Source: a virus. Taken from it: a DNA stretch of 64,000 bases. Shown here in pieces: positions 23,210 to 34,267 of the stretch. Made by a program: the position numbers and the translations under genes. Position 1 is the stretch's first letter; the number at the start of each line of letters is the position of its first letter. Location: positions 32,001 to 96,000 of IMG/VR virus record IMGVR_UViG_3300010430_000004. The stretch is one strand, 5' to 3'. The notes under the pieces are model-generated. The model was not told the DNA's origin. It saw only the letters and a program-made list of their open reading frames with translations, and ran no database searches.

Positions 23210-25618
23210 ATGGAAAAGAAGATTAAAGTTAGCGCAAAATTTGACATGGCAGAGTTTGACCGTGATCTGGATAGGATGAAGGACAAACTCAAAGAAATGT
23301 ACGCGCCTAGCAACCAGGCTAGACAAACAGCTCAAACAGCTCAAAGAGCCCAGTCGCAAGGCTTGGCACCGTCAGGATTTGCCCAACAAGCTCAGGGTCT
23401 ATATAAAGCTACAGCCAATCAAGATATGCAACAGCTTGATAATTATATAAAAAAACAAGCAACTTCAAACTCAGGTATCAATAAGGCCCTCGAAAACAGA
23501 ACCAAGCAACTAAAAGAACTTAAAAAAGAATATTCAGACATTATAAAGCTTGGTGAAGAGGATCTTAAACTTAAACAACAGATAGCAAAGACTGAAGCTT
23601 CAGTTAGCAGACTTAGAGAAGTAAATAATCAGAAAAATGTAAATATAAACGCTGCAATGGATGCTAGACAAGAAATTGCCAGTGGATTGCCTCAAAAAAG
23701 AGAACAAGAACGTTTATCTGGAATGAGAAGGCTAGGTACTGCTTACCAACACGGTGGAATCGGTGGAATGGGCAAGTCTGCTTTCAGGATGATGAAACAA
23801 AATCCATTCGGAGTGGCTTCAGGGGCAGCAGCACTAGTTGGCGCTGGAATTAACTTAGCTGTTCCAATAATGAGACAAGAAGACTCTGCTGAGAGAAGAA
23901 CATTAGGCGCTCAAGGTAGAGCCGTGTCAAATGCTGGTTTTATGCAAGAAAACGTTATGCAGGGCAATGGTCAAACCAATATGTTTTGGATGGGCGAGAA
24001 CAATAAGGCAATGCAAAGTGCCATAAAAGAGATGAAAGAGCAACGCAAAACAGACAACTGGAAAGTTGGAGGTGCCGCCGCCGCCGTTACTGGTGGATTA
24101 GGTATGGCAGCTACAGGTGTCGGTGCCCTTCCAGGTCTAGCATTATCAGCTGGTGGAGCCGCTTATGCTGGTTATAATTTTGTATCTGATGAAAACATGA
24201 GAAACAAAATGCTTGGTGGAATGGGCTTTAGTGGTCGTAGACAAAGATATGAATCTGGTCTTGTTGAAGGTGCCATGAGCAACTACAAAGAAAACCTTGA
24301 AAATGAAAAAAGACTGAACCCATTTAAAAGAATGGGCGAACAATACTATGATAGAAATGGTATGAGAAATTTAAAAGCTCAAAGACAGACAGGGCTCGAT
24401 GATGAAGGTATGTACGGAGAAGGTGGATTCTTAAAAAATATCCTTGGAAGTGGTTTTACTCAAGAACAAGGTATGAGCATGATGAATCAAATATCTGCTA
24501 GTGGCGGCTCAACTAGAATGTCTCAGGATCCAACCCAAGCATTAAAATATGTAAGACAAATGAACCTAACAAATGCTGGATCAGTAATGGGCAAACTCTC
24601 AGGCACTATGGGAGGCGCTGGAGAAACAGATCAAGCTACTATTAAAATATTAGCTGAAGGTATGAAACAAGGCTTAAACTCATCTGATTTTGCTGAAGAA
24701 CAACGCAAATTTGCTTCTACCGTTTCTCAGATGGTTTTTAGATCAGGGACTCAAGATGTTGAAGGTGCTCAAGGTATTGCTAAAAACTTTGCTTCTTATC
24801 TAAACGATAAAACTAGCCGTGGAATCCAAGGGGCTGAAGGTGCATACGGAATCCAACAAGGTATAAGCTCAACTAGTGGTGGAATACGAGGGGCTATTCA
24901 AGCTTCATCTATTATGAACAGTTCTTCATTGGGCAAAATGAGCCATGATCAACGCTTATCTTTTATGGATCTTAGCGAAGAAGACATTGCTGCTGGTGGA
25001 GCTGAAATAGAATCAATGGCAAAAGCAGCTGGAGTTTCAGTTGAAGAGTTTAAAAAAGAAGCAATGAAAGTCAAACGAAATGCTGTTGGCCTAAGATCTA
25101 GCACTGATGGCTATAAAGCCAAATATCAAGAAGCGATGGCTTCTGGAGATGAAGAAGGCGCTAGAGATATTATGGGTAATTATATATCTGCCTTAGCTGC
25201 TGAAGATAAAACCTTCAAAGGAAAAGGAAGATCAGAAAGAGAAGCTTTTGCCAAATCAAATTTATCAGCTACAGGTGCAGCAGCAGACGATACTGGAGTT
25301 TTAAAAGAATTAACTAAAGACTCTACTGGTAGAATAGGCGATGATACAGAAAAGTCTAGAGCAAGATCACAAGAAATTGCCCTCGATGAATTTACTAAAG
25401 TAAAAGATGAGTTACAACAAGCAGCTGAAAATGCTAGTAACATGAGTGCAGCAATGATGGAAGCACTTCAAGGTTTGGCAAATGCTGTTAAACAAGAAGG
25501 TACACAATCAGTCGAAGAGTTTGGCAAAAATCTAAAACTACTAAATGAAGAACTTAGAAAATCAAACCAATCTTCTGGATACCAACAACAGCCTACTGGT
25601 GGGAAAAGGGGTAATTAA
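23210..25618 (+). CDS. Tail tape measure protein
   Basis: About 800 aa, helical and G/A/M/Q-rich, with central hydrophobic segments; heads the baseplate module. Confidence 0.75.
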   Translation: MEKKIKVSAKFDMAEFDRDLDRMKDKLKEMYAPSNQARQTAQTAQRAQSQGLAPSGFAQQAQGLYKATANQDMQQLDNYIKKQATSNSGINKALENRTKQLKELKKEYSDIIKLGEEDLKLKQQIAKTEASVSRLREVNNQKNVNINAAMDARQEIASGLPQKREQERLSGMRRLGTAYQHGGIGGMGKSAFRMMKQNPFGVASGAAALVGAGINLAVPIMRQEDSAERRTLGAQGRAVSNAGFMQENVMQGNGQTNMFWMGENNKAMQSAIKEMKEQRKTDNWKVGGAAAAVTGGLGMAATGVGALPGLALSAGGAAYAGYNFVSDENMRNKMLGGMGFSGRRQRYESGLVEGAMSNYKENLENEKRLNPFKRMGEQYYDRNGMRNLKAQRQTGLDDEGMYGEGGFLKNILGSGFTQEQGMSMMNQISASGGSTRMSQDPTQALKYVRQMNLTNAGSVMGKLSGTMGGAGETDQATIKILAEGMKQGLNSSDFAEEQRKFASTVSQMVFRSGTQDVEGAQGIAKNFASYLNDKTSRGIQGAEGAYGIQQGISSTSGGIRGAIQASSIMNSSSLGKMSHDQRLSFMDLSEEDIAAGGAEIESMAKAAGVSVEEFKKEAMKVKRNAVGLRSSTDGYKAKYQEAMASGDEEGARDIMGNYISALAAEDKTFKGKGRSEREAFAKSNLSATGAAADDTGVLKELTKDSTGRIGDDTEKSRARSQEIALDEFTKVKDELQQAAENASNMSAAMMEALQGLANAVKQEGTQSVEEFGKNLKLLNEELRKSNQSSGYQQQPTGGKRGN

Positions 25619-27447
25619 TGAGTAAGGCTTATACTTACAACATTACTCAAAACTCAAAGACTCCAGATGGACAATTTGATAGTCATCAAGTTAGTGCAGG
25701 GTGTGTCCTTACTTTTCTTAGATGGGAAAATAGAGACCCATTAAGATACCCTCAACTAGACCCTAAAAAAACCAGAGAGCCCCTTGTAGTAGAAAATGAC
25801 TGTGTTCAATTATCAGTTTCTGAAACTAAAGACGGATTAACTGGTTCAGTTCAGGCTACTTTACTTTCAGGCGATATAAACTATAGAACAGCCATAGCTC
25901 CTGGAGATTTTCTATTCGTAAATATCCTAAATTGGACAGAATCTACTGATAGAAAAATTACAACAGCAAAAACAGTTGCTGCTCGTGCTAGAAATTTACA
26001 GCCAATAAATAGATTCGGAGATGGATTTAAGGGTTTATACAAAGTACAAAATGTTAGAAAAGGCTTAAGAACGAACCCAGATGGAACCAAACAACTTGTT
26101 TATTTTATAAATGCTTTTTCTTTTACTGAATTTAATAATAAAATGTATTTTAATCCTTTCCTTCTAACTGCTGGTGATGCTTCAAATGATTTGCTATTTG
26201 TTTCTAGAATATCTGATCAATGGCAAAAAATAGTAAGCAACAAATCTGAAAAAAATATTCAAAACATTATAAAGTTATTCATCACAGCCTTTCTCGGAGA
26301 GGGCCTTTCAGATGAGGGCAAAAAAGTTAAAGGTATACTTAAATCACCCAATGATCTTTTCTTTATGCCACAAGAAGTTGGGAAACTTTTAGGTCTTCCA
26401 TCTGTTAAAAAAGCAGCAGACATATATAATTATTTAATGGGTATTCAAAAATACTCAAACACTTCTGGCAAGGCTACTCCACAGAATGGTTTAAATCCAA
26501 CAATAGGAAAAGTTTCTGGAAGATTTTTCGAAACCGCTGCAGGACAAATTGATGGCATATCCATTGTAAAGCCAGAGTATTGGAATCAAAAACAAGTATT
26601 TTCTATTATAAGGGAATATCTGAATAGCGTACTAAATGAATGTTACACTACTCACAGAGTAGATCCAAATGGTAGAGTAATGCCAACTATGGTATTCAGA
26701 CAAAAACCCTTTACTACTGAACATTATAATGGCCCACTATCTTCTAAGGCCACTAGATTCTTTAATTTACCTAGATGGAAGGTAGACCCCTCAATGATTC
26801 TTGGTGATTTAAATCTTGGAGCTGAAGAGGCCGCTAGGATTAATTTTGTACAAGTATTTGGGCGATCTATCGTTATTAATGTAGAAGGAAATATTTCTGA
26901 TCAAATAGCAAAGGGCAACTATGTTTTTGATCAAGCAGATATACAAAGAAATGGTTTGAAGCCGTATATAGCTACAAGTAATTTTGATTTTCCAGAAAAC
27001 AGAGATCCTAAAGGTACCAAAGCTCCACAGTGGACAAAATTAATAGCAGATATGCTTATAGGTGGACACCTTAAAGAAAACGGATCGATACCTTTAGTTG
27101 GCATTACAGAGCCTATTCCAGTAGGTGACAATATGGAACTTGATGGCATTGTATATCACATGGAAGCTGTAACTCATACTTATTTTATTGACCCTGAAGG
27201 TTTTAAAACTTTTAGAACAAATGTTCAAGTTTCTAATGGGGTAGATCTTAGAAGCAATGCTACTGCTCCTTTTTATCCCGAAATGGAACATACAGACGCA
27301 TTTACCCAAAAACTAGAAGATGCTGTTAGAAATAAATTATTGCCAGGATTTTCTGATACACAAAATATTCCAGGAAGAACTGAAGGCGAAGAAATCAAAG
27401 AAACTGGTCAAAAAAGCTTTGACCCTTTAAATAGGAAAAAACGATGA
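25618..27447 (+). CDS. Baseplate hub-like protein
   Basis: Position after tape measure; C-terminal 'YHMEAVTHTY...FRT' hub pattern. Confidence 0.6.
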   Translation: MSKAYTYNITQNSKTPDGQFDSHQVSAGCVLTFLRWENRDPLRYPQLDPKKTREPLVVENDCVQLSVSETKDGLTGSVQATLLSGDINYRTAIAPGDFLFVNILNWTESTDRKITTAKTVAARARNLQPINRFGDGFKGLYKVQNVRKGLRTNPDGTKQLVYFINAFSFTEFNNKMYFNPFLLTAGDASNDLLFVSRISDQWQKIVSNKSEKNIQNIIKLFITAFLGEGLSDEGKKVKGILKSPNDLFFMPQEVGKLLGLPSVKKAADIYNYLMGIQKYSNTSGKATPQNGLNPTIGKVSGRFFETAAGQIDGISIVKPEYWNQKQVFSIIREYLNSVLNECYTTHRVDPNGRVMPTMVFRQKPFTTEHYNGPLSSKATRFFNLPRWKVDPSMILGDLNLGAEEAARINFVQVFGRSIVINVEGNISDQIAKGNYVFDQADIQRNGLKPYIATSNFDFPENRDPKGTKAPQWTKLIADMLIGGHLKENGSIPLVGITEPIPVGDNMELDGIVYHMEAVTHTYFIDPEGFKTFRTNVQVSNGVDLRSNATAPFYPEMEHTDAFTQKLEDAVRNKLLPGFSDTQNIPGRTEGEEIKETGQKSFDPLNRKKR

Positions 27448-28499
27448 ATTTACCAGGCGGTTCAGTATTAAATTCGGCACTTCTTAGCCAAGAAGATGCT
27501 GAAATGGTTTCGGCTCACAATGCCACCTACAAAAACTTTGGTTTAAAGGCTGGCATTGTCACTAAGGTCTATGAATCTGATGATGAGTCCAATCTTTCAA
27601 AACTAGGCCCAGAATATGATGTTCTAGTTATTGAACAAGATGCCGATAGGAGTATTTCTGCTATCCAATATAAAAATTGTATAATGGCAGATACCTTTGG
27701 TTCTATTGCTGATTTTTTTGAATATAAATTAAGAGCCCAAACAAAAGAAGAGGGTGATTCTGGAAGAAACCCTGAAAAACAAAACGGTGCTATTGTTCTA
27801 ATGCTTTGCCTTGATGGGGCTTCAGAAAAAGGGATTATTCTTAAAGCACTAAAACATCCATCTAGAAAAGAAACTCTTGATAAAGATAAAGATATTCATA
27901 TGCAAGGGGAGTTTAATGGTTTAAATGTTACCGTGGATAAAGATGGCGCATTTAAATTAACATTTAAAGGCCCTAGAGACAATGATGGCGAGTATTCTAA
28001 AAAGGACAAAGAAGCTGGAACTTTTCTAGAAATAGATAAGGCTGGTAATGTAGCCCTAGATATGAATAACGACAAAGAGACTTCTGTAAAAGTTAGCAAA
28101 GAAGACGAAAAAATAACAACTACTTCTGAAAAAGAAACAGAAATAAATGCTGGAAAAGATATTACAGCAAAATCCAAAGAAAGTATAAATCTGGAAGCTG
28201 GAAAAGATTTCGCGTTTGCTGCTGGTGGAAAGGCCAACTTTAAAGCCGATAGCAAGTTCGATATAGAGTCTGGTGGAGATCTTAGTATGAAAGCGGCAAG
28301 TCTTAAAGCTACTATAGATGGACAGATTCAATTTCAAGGGTCACAAATAACCCTGCAAGGAATGACTTTTTTAGGAAGCGCAGGGGGCACACCAGCTTTA
28401 ATTGGAACGACTCAATTCTTAGGGACAGGAAACGTTGGGGCACCAGTAATCTCTTTGGCTATCGGTCCTTTTAGTAGCCAAGTCTTTGTTGCACCATAG
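27444..28499 (+). CDS. Baseplate central spike (gpV/gp5-like)
   Basis: N-terminal OB-like domain followed by beta-helix repeats (EINAGKDI, NLEAGKDF). Confidence 0.7.
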   Translation: MNLPGGSVLNSALLSQEDAEMVSAHNATYKNFGLKAGIVTKVYESDDESNLSKLGPEYDVLVIEQDADRSISAIQYKNCIMADTFGSIADFFEYKLRAQTKEEGDSGRNPEKQNGAIVLMLCLDGASEKGIILKALKHPSRKETLDKDKDIHMQGEFNGLNVTVDKDGAFKLTFKGPRDNDGEYSKKDKEAGTFLEIDKAGNVALDMNNDKETSVKVSKEDEKITTTSEKETEINAGKDITAKSKESINLEAGKDFAFAAGGKANFKADSKFDIESGGDLSMKAASLKATIDGQIQFQGSQITLQGMTFLGSAGGTPALIGTTQFLGTGNVGAPVISLAIGPFSSQVFVAP

Positions 28500-28551
28500 G
28501 ATGCCTGTGAAACAGTTGTATATCAGATATATAGTTTTAATGGAAGGCAGC

Positions 28552-28725
28552 ATGGTCAAGGTAGGCCAAGAATACCATTGGAGCGTTGACGAAGTTAAAC
28601 ATATTAAACAAGGACTAGAAAACAAAATAGAAGCTAAAATAGAAAGAGAAACCAATGAAATCCGACAAGCCATGTACGAATTGCAACTTGGGTCATTAGA
28701 AATACAAGAGGTAACTTTCCATTGA
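28552..28725 (+). CDS. Small hypothetical protein
   Basis: Likely start MVKVG. Confidence 0.45.
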   Translation: MVKVGQEYHWSVDEVKHIKQGLENKIEAKIERETNEIRQAMYELQLGSLEIQEVTFH

Positions 28726-29039
28726 GTAGAGGCAATATAAGAGCATTATGTGAATTTTTTGAAATGAACCCCAAAGATTTTGGGCTTGAGGACGAAGAGT
28801 ATTCTACAAAAGATGTGTTAAAATATGGTTCCGTAAATTGTAACGTAGACATTTCTAAAAAAGTAACTATACCTATAGCACTTAGTAGAAAATATAAATT
28901 TTACAATAAGATGGAAAGTCAAAGATATATGCGTGATATGGGCACTCAATCTAACGCTATATATGCAGATGAAGCTTATGAATACAATGAGAAGGCAAAT
29001 GAATACAATATAGTCCCAGAAGACTATGGATCTGATTGA
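28722..29039 (+). CDS. Hypothetical protein
   Basis: 105 aa, overlaps the upstream stop. Confidence 0.55.
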   Translation: MSRGNIRALCEFFEMNPKDFGLEDEEYSTKDVLKYGSVNCNVDISKKVTIPIALSRKYKFYNKMESQRYMRDMGTQSNAIYADEAYEYNEKANEYNIVPEDYGSD

Positions 29040-29065
29040 TCGATATTATATTTATTGGAGAATAG

Positions 29066-30388
29066 ATGGCACTTAGTAAAGATGAAAGAATAGCAATATC
29101 AAAAAAAATAGTTAGTATTCCTATAGAGAATAAGAACTCTGATAATACTACTAAACAACTTGAAGCTGTTCTTGTTGACGCTCAAACTAAGGATACTTCT
29201 AATAAGGGCCTAATTGAAAGGCTTGACCCAAAAATAAATAGTTATCAAAATGAAAAAGAAATTTTAGACGGTGCCACTCTTTTAGAGTTGTCTGAGCAAA
29301 ACATTGTAGACGCTGCTAATAAAAAATTACAAAACTTTTTCTTTCCAAATGATTCTACAGTTCCACTTCCAAGTGTACCAGATGGGATTTGGAAAAACTT
29401 TCAATCATTTTCAGGCACTGTTGCTATTGGTAGAAAATACACAGAAGACAATGATACCCAAGACAATGAACAACAGGCAATAGTTGATATATTAGCTTTA
29501 ATAGCTACAGCTGAATCTAATACAGATGTAACCAGGGTTACAGGAGAATCCTGTACTACCGAGCCTATTCCACCTCCACCAACAGATACAGTAGATGATG
29601 ATCCTGTCATACAACAGCTACTAGTAGATTTAAAAGCTAGAGTAGACAATTTGCAAAGCTTTCATGTTTTACAAAAAGCGGCAATTAGTGGAAATCCAGA
29701 CACTGACTCTGGCAATCAAGTAGAGAATCAAACAGCTGATGATGATATAGACAATAATATAACACCAGCATTAACTACTTGGGAAGCATATCAAGACTTT
29801 GACCCTCAAGGTGGAACAAGTTGTACATCTTTTAATTCTATAGATATAAATACTTTAGCAGACACTAAATTAAAACCAGCAATGCTTTCTGCTCTAAAAA
29901 CAGCAATTCAAACAAGGCAGACTTTTGTAGCTACTAGGGTATCGCAAATAGCAGGCAATCTAGGTGGAGTCACCCAAGCAGCAAACGGAGATATAAACGC
30001 CACTACTGGTTTTTATGGTGAACGTTTTAGACTTATAGAGCTTAGGTTGAATTTAATGAATGGCTCTTTAAATACGGTTACAGGGCTTACTAAAGCCATT
30101 GATGCCCAAGGGCAAGCAAAGAAAAGCAATGAAAATGCTGCAATAGCCTATTCTAGTGTTATCTCTGTTTCCTCTATAACGTCCAAAACAAACGGTTCAC
30201 GATATGTCAATGTCAAAGATGCTTCAATATTTTCTATAAAAGACGTTGTATATATTAAAGCGGTAGGAAAGCCGGAAATACAAACCAGCATAGTTGGTAA
30301 GGTTGGGAATAGACTAGAAGTAGCTAAGAATATCACCCAAGGTTATAATCTGGAAAATTTAGGAAGAGTATATAAAGATCTTACTTAG
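29066..30388 (+). CDS. Hypothetical protein, probably virion-associated
   Basis: 440 aa, GGAG RBS, inside the baseplate cluster. Confidence 0.6.
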   Translation: MALSKDERIAISKKIVSIPIENKNSDNTTKQLEAVLVDAQTKDTSNKGLIERLDPKINSYQNEKEILDGATLLELSEQNIVDAANKKLQNFFFPNDSTVPLPSVPDGIWKNFQSFSGTVAIGRKYTEDNDTQDNEQQAIVDILALIATAESNTDVTRVTGESCTTEPIPPPPTDTVDDDPVIQQLLVDLKARVDNLQSFHVLQKAAISGNPDTDSGNQVENQTADDDIDNNITPALTTWEAYQDFDPQGGTSCTSFNSIDINTLADTKLKPAMLSALKTAIQTRQTFVATRVSQIAGNLGGVTQAANGDINATTGFYGERFRLIELRLNLMNGSLNTVTGLTKAIDAQGQAKKSNENAAIAYSSVISVSSITSKTNGSRYVNVKDASIFSIKDVVYIKAVGKPEIQTSIVGKVGNRLEVAKNITQGYNLENLGRVYKDLT

Positions 30389-31202
30389 TAGGACCACAAA
30401 GCACTCTGTGCATTCTGTGTCCACTTTTAATAAATTGCCTAACACACTTTAAACCAGTCTGCTCTTCACATCTATCGTTATCTTTTACCCATTTAAGTTG
30501 ATCATTGTCGTGCTTTGTCCATGGCAATTCAGTAAGGTTCTTTTTCTTAGTTTCTGGACAATCACTGTCTTCTTCATTTTCTATTTTGGATGCCATAGAT
30601 TTTAGAATATTTCTAGCATTTGTATTTTTTATATTATACTTACTAGGGTTAAAAAGCTCTTCCATATAATATTTTCTGTGTTTCTTTAAACATTTATCAC
30701 TAAACATATAAGGGTGCATAATACTTGCTGGGCATCCATCTTTTAAATAGCCCTTTTTTTCAAAAACACCTAAGCTAAATAGAAAATTTTCAATTTTGTA
30801 TTCAATAGTTCCATCATCTTCTTTTATATCTGTATGGCCCCTAAATAAAGTACAATGACCAAGCTCATGGAAAATTAAAGCTTCCCTACCAGTCTCGCTC
30901 AACCACTTCCAATAGTAATCATCAATGGTTACTCTTTTAAAAAAATATTCACACAAGCCAACTGTGCTAGAATCATCTTCAGGATCAGAATATCCCAAGG
31001 TGCCGAAAACTGTATGATTTCTTATTTTAAGCCAAGGTCTTTTGCTTAATTTTAAAAATTTATCAATATGGGGAATAAACTCTTGATCTGCATAAAAGAT
31101 AGGTGTTACCTTTTTCATGCTAGGGGTAACTGTTACTGTAGAGCAACAAGGGCCAACTGCGAATACTAAAAAAATATAAAGTAAGACTCTTCTCATAACC
31201 AT
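30381..31202 (-). CDS. Secreted or lipoprotein Zn-metallopeptidase
   Basis: Signal peptide with Cys; IFHELGHCTLFRGH; SIM; paralog of ORF 7442. Confidence 0.75.
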   Translation of the reverse strand: MVMRRVLLYIFLVFAVGPCCSTVTVTPSMKKVTPIFYADQEFIPHIDKFLKLSKRPWLKIRNHTVFGTLGYSDPEDDSSTVGLCEYFFKRVTIDDYYWKWLSETGREALIFHELGHCTLFRGHTDIKEDDGTIEYKIENFLFSLGVFEKKGYLKDGCPASIMHPYMFSDKCLKKHRKYYMEELFNPSKYNIKNTNARNILKSMASKIENEEDSDCPETKKKNLTELPWTKHDNDQLKWVKDNDRCEEQTGLKCVRQFIKSGHRMHRVLCGPTK

Positions 31203-31207
31203 TAATA

Positions 31208-31567
31208 TCAGGCCATTGTGTAAGTTACTTTAATAGTTTCAGCTCCTGGATTGATTATTTCAAAACTAGTGATTGTTAATTTAGACAAAAAACTAGCCTT
31301 TAATTTGCTAGATCCTGCAAGTAGACGTTTAACACTAACAGCACCAAGGCCGTTAATGTCAATATCAAAGTCAGAATCACTTTCTATATAAATGAGTTTA
31401 TCTTCAGCAGTTCCTGTAAAAATAACAGAACTTGTAGCTGTAGCTAATTCTAATGTCTCTTTCTTAATGTCGCCTGCATCAGCGCCGCTCACTCCTTGGC
31501 ATATTTGGACTTTATCACAGTCAGTGTTGGTGAGTTCGATGTTCAGACTAATTTTGGCTTTTGACAT
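31208..31567 (-). CDS. Hypothetical beta-rich protein, probably late/virion
   Basis: 119 aa, preceded by AATCTTTA. Confidence 0.6.
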   Translation of the reverse strand: MSKAKISLNIELTNTDCDKVQICQGVSGADAGDIKKETLELATATSSVIFTGTAEDKLIYIESDSDFDIDINGLGAVSVKRLLAGSSKLKASFLSKLTITSFEIINPGAETIKVTYTMA

Positions 31568-31643
31568 TTATTTACCCCATTTAGCATAAAAATTAAAGAT
31601 TAATATTTGCTCCACGTCAAAATCTTTATATAGAGGTAACTAA

Positions 31644-34223
31644 ATGAGCTTTTTTGATGACGTACTAGCTGAAGGTAGAAAGGCACTATCTTCTCTAAAA
31701 GATAGGCAAGCAGACACTCCTGGAAGTGGTGGCAAGCCAACTGTGCCTTGGGGCTCTACAAATCCTGGAGAAGTTTTCTTCAAAGCTCCTGAAATTAAAG
31801 GAGAAAACTGGAATAAGTTTTTCCCATATAGATTAATGGTTATCGACATTAGAAACAATACACCTATTAGTTCAGGCTCTGCTGTAAGAAAGAGCATAGA
31901 ATCTCAAGAAGTTGACGGTAGAACCACCATAACTGTACAACCTATGGGAAATACTTGGGTTTATACCTTTCCTATATCTCCTCAAAGACTTAATATTTCT
32001 ACTCCCTTTGCCATTAGAACCACTGCTACCTCACAAGGGGTTCTAGAAGAGCATAATGCTGTAAAATTTAAAATGATATCCATAGCAGGAACCACTGGAA
32101 TTTGGCCTAATAGACCTAATATTTCAGCTCCAGCAAGGTCAGCCACAGTAGCCCAGACCCTATTGGCTAATACTTTTCAGAATCTTAGAAGATTGGGTGA
32201 CTCTGTAAGGCGAATACAAAATATTGCAGGAGGCAACCACCCATCTGATTCTCCAGAATCTCCCAAACCTGAAGGGGCTCTTGCAGAGCAAACAGGATAT
32301 TACCAACTAGAATTACTTGAAAAATTTCTAGAACAATATGCAGTGGCCAAAAAAGACCCAAGAAACAAGCACTGGAGATTGGTCCTAGATATGCCTAAGA
32401 AAAATGAGGCTTATGTAGTTTCTCCGATTGTCGCTCTTTATGATAAAAATCACGAGAAGCCAGCAGAAAATTTTTATACTTTACAATTAAAGGCATGGAA
32501 GAGAGTAAACTTAAAACAAAAAGTAGAATCAATAAATCCAAGTGCCACACCTATTACAGCCAATAGTCTACAAAGAATATACAATTCTATCAACGAAGCT
32601 AGGACAATAGTAGGAATATCCCTCGATTTGGTAAAGGCTGTTCGTTCAGATTTTCAAAGACCTTTAAACGCCCTTAGACAAGCTGCTCTTTTTCTTAAAG
32701 ATTCCGTAGGTTTAGCAACAGCTGCTGCTGATTTGCCACGACAAATTGTTCAAGATTTCAGCTCATCTATAAAGGATTCTTTAAATATTATAGAAGATGC
32801 TGTAGAAGATCTTGGAAATTTATTACCTGATGGTGGATTCTCTGCATTGCAAACCAATACCCAGAACAATGAAGGTTTATCAGAAAACCAAGTAAGATCT
32901 GGAGCATTAGGCGATGAAAGACAAAATTATATAGACAGTGATCCTGCTAATAATATTTTTAGAGATCCTGAAAGATATCACGAGTTTTTCAATAATCTTG
33001 ATTTGGGCCTTATGAACCTAAACCAGGATCAACAAGATATTATTGACCAAGAGATTGAAACTGTTAGAAATTTTAGAGTTGAAGATTTTAGAGAAATAAA
33101 AACAACCATTCAAGATCTAGCACAAGGTATATCTAACAGATATGGAGCAATACCAGAGGCTTATGCAGAGCTTTATGGACTTCCAGCACCAAGAGTCAGA
33201 GTTACAGAAATGACTATTGAAGAAAACGAGATTCTTGCTGCACTTTTTGAAGTTATTCAAGGGTTGGATTATTTAACGGCCAGTAAATTTCTAGATAAGC
33301 AAAACACTCAAAGTCCTCTAGAATATGTAGGAGGATTGGCAGATGAGTCTGGCATAGCCTTTGAATTGTCTAACAGCAAATATTTAGTACCTGTGCCTTT
33401 TAATAAGACTATTGAGCAAATTTCTCAAAGATATTTAAAAAATGCTAATAGGTGGATTGAAATTGCCACTTTAAATAATCTAAAAAGCCCCTATATTGAT
33501 GAAGAAGGCTTTACCAGAGACTTTCTATCAAACGGAGATGGAAGACAATTCAATATTGATTCTGATGATGAATTATATATAGGCCAAACTATCACACTAA
33601 GCAGTACTACTGTACCTAGATTTACTAGAAGAATACAAAATATTGAAAAAATTACAGATGGTAACTATTTAATAACTGTTGATGGTCTGGACAATCTTAC
33701 CCAACTTAAAATTGCTCAAAGTGCCAAAATGACAGCCTTTCTTCCTGGAACGGTAAATTCTCAAAATATGATTTACATACCTAGCGAAGAAACAGTAGAT
33801 GACCAAAACGAAACCTTTGCTATACCTTACCTTGAAGAAGACGAACTTTCGGGTCTTTCCAAGATTGATTGGTTGTTAACAGACTCTGGTGATTTGGCCC
33901 TAGATGCTACTGGTGATTTTAGGCTTGCTAATGGATTAACCAATATAATTCAAGCAATTAGGCAAAAACTGGTTACTAAAAAAGGTTCTCTTTTTGTTCA
34001 CCCTAACTATGGTTTAGGATTACAGCCAGGAGTGTCCCATGCAGACATTTTAGCTGGAGATATTTTTGATGACATGAGAGATATGATAGAACAAGACCCA
34101 AGGTTTTCTGGCATCGAAAGGCTTATTTTGGACATAAAAGGCCCAACCTTGGAAATAAAAGCAGAGATATCTTTAGCTGGCAATAGAGGGCTTTTGCCTA
34201 TCAGCTTTGAAGTACCAATATAA
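31644..34223 (+). CDS. Multidomain baseplate protein (tube-initiator-like, LysM/X-like and gp25-like domains)
   Basis: TIEQISQRYLKNANRWIEIATLNNL; C-terminal QAIRQKLVTKKGSLFVHPNYG...IEQDPRF. Confidence 0.7.
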   Translation: MSFFDDVLAEGRKALSSLKDRQADTPGSGGKPTVPWGSTNPGEVFFKAPEIKGENWNKFFPYRLMVIDIRNNTPISSGSAVRKSIESQEVDGRTTITVQPMGNTWVYTFPISPQRLNISTPFAIRTTATSQGVLEEHNAVKFKMISIAGTTGIWPNRPNISAPARSATVAQTLLANTFQNLRRLGDSVRRIQNIAGGNHPSDSPESPKPEGALAEQTGYYQLELLEKFLEQYAVAKKDPRNKHWRLVLDMPKKNEAYVVSPIVALYDKNHEKPAENFYTLQLKAWKRVNLKQKVESINPSATPITANSLQRIYNSINEARTIVGISLDLVKAVRSDFQRPLNALRQAALFLKDSVGLATAAADLPRQIVQDFSSSIKDSLNIIEDAVEDLGNLLPDGGFSALQTNTQNNEGLSENQVRSGALGDERQNYIDSDPANNIFRDPERYHEFFNNLDLGLMNLNQDQQDIIDQEIETVRNFRVEDFREIKTTIQDLAQGISNRYGAIPEAYAELYGLPAPRVRVTEMTIEENEILAALFEVIQGLDYLTASKFLDKQNTQSPLEYVGGLADESGIAFELSNSKYLVPVPFNKTIEQISQRYLKNANRWIEIATLNNLKSPYIDEEGFTRDFLSNGDGRQFNIDSDDELYIGQTITLSSTTVPRFTRRIQNIEKITDGNYLITVDGLDNLTQLKIAQSAKMTAFLPGTVNSQNMIYIPSEETVDDQNETFAIPYLEEDELSGLSKIDWLLTDSGDLALDATGDFRLANGLTNIIQAIRQKLVTKKGSLFVHPNYGLGLQPGVSHADILAGDIFDDMRDMIEQDPRFSGIERLILDIKGPTLEIKAEISLAGNRGLLPISFEVPI

Positions 34224-34267
34224 AAGGCACTTAAGAAATCTTTAATAGATAAAGGGAATTAGATTAA

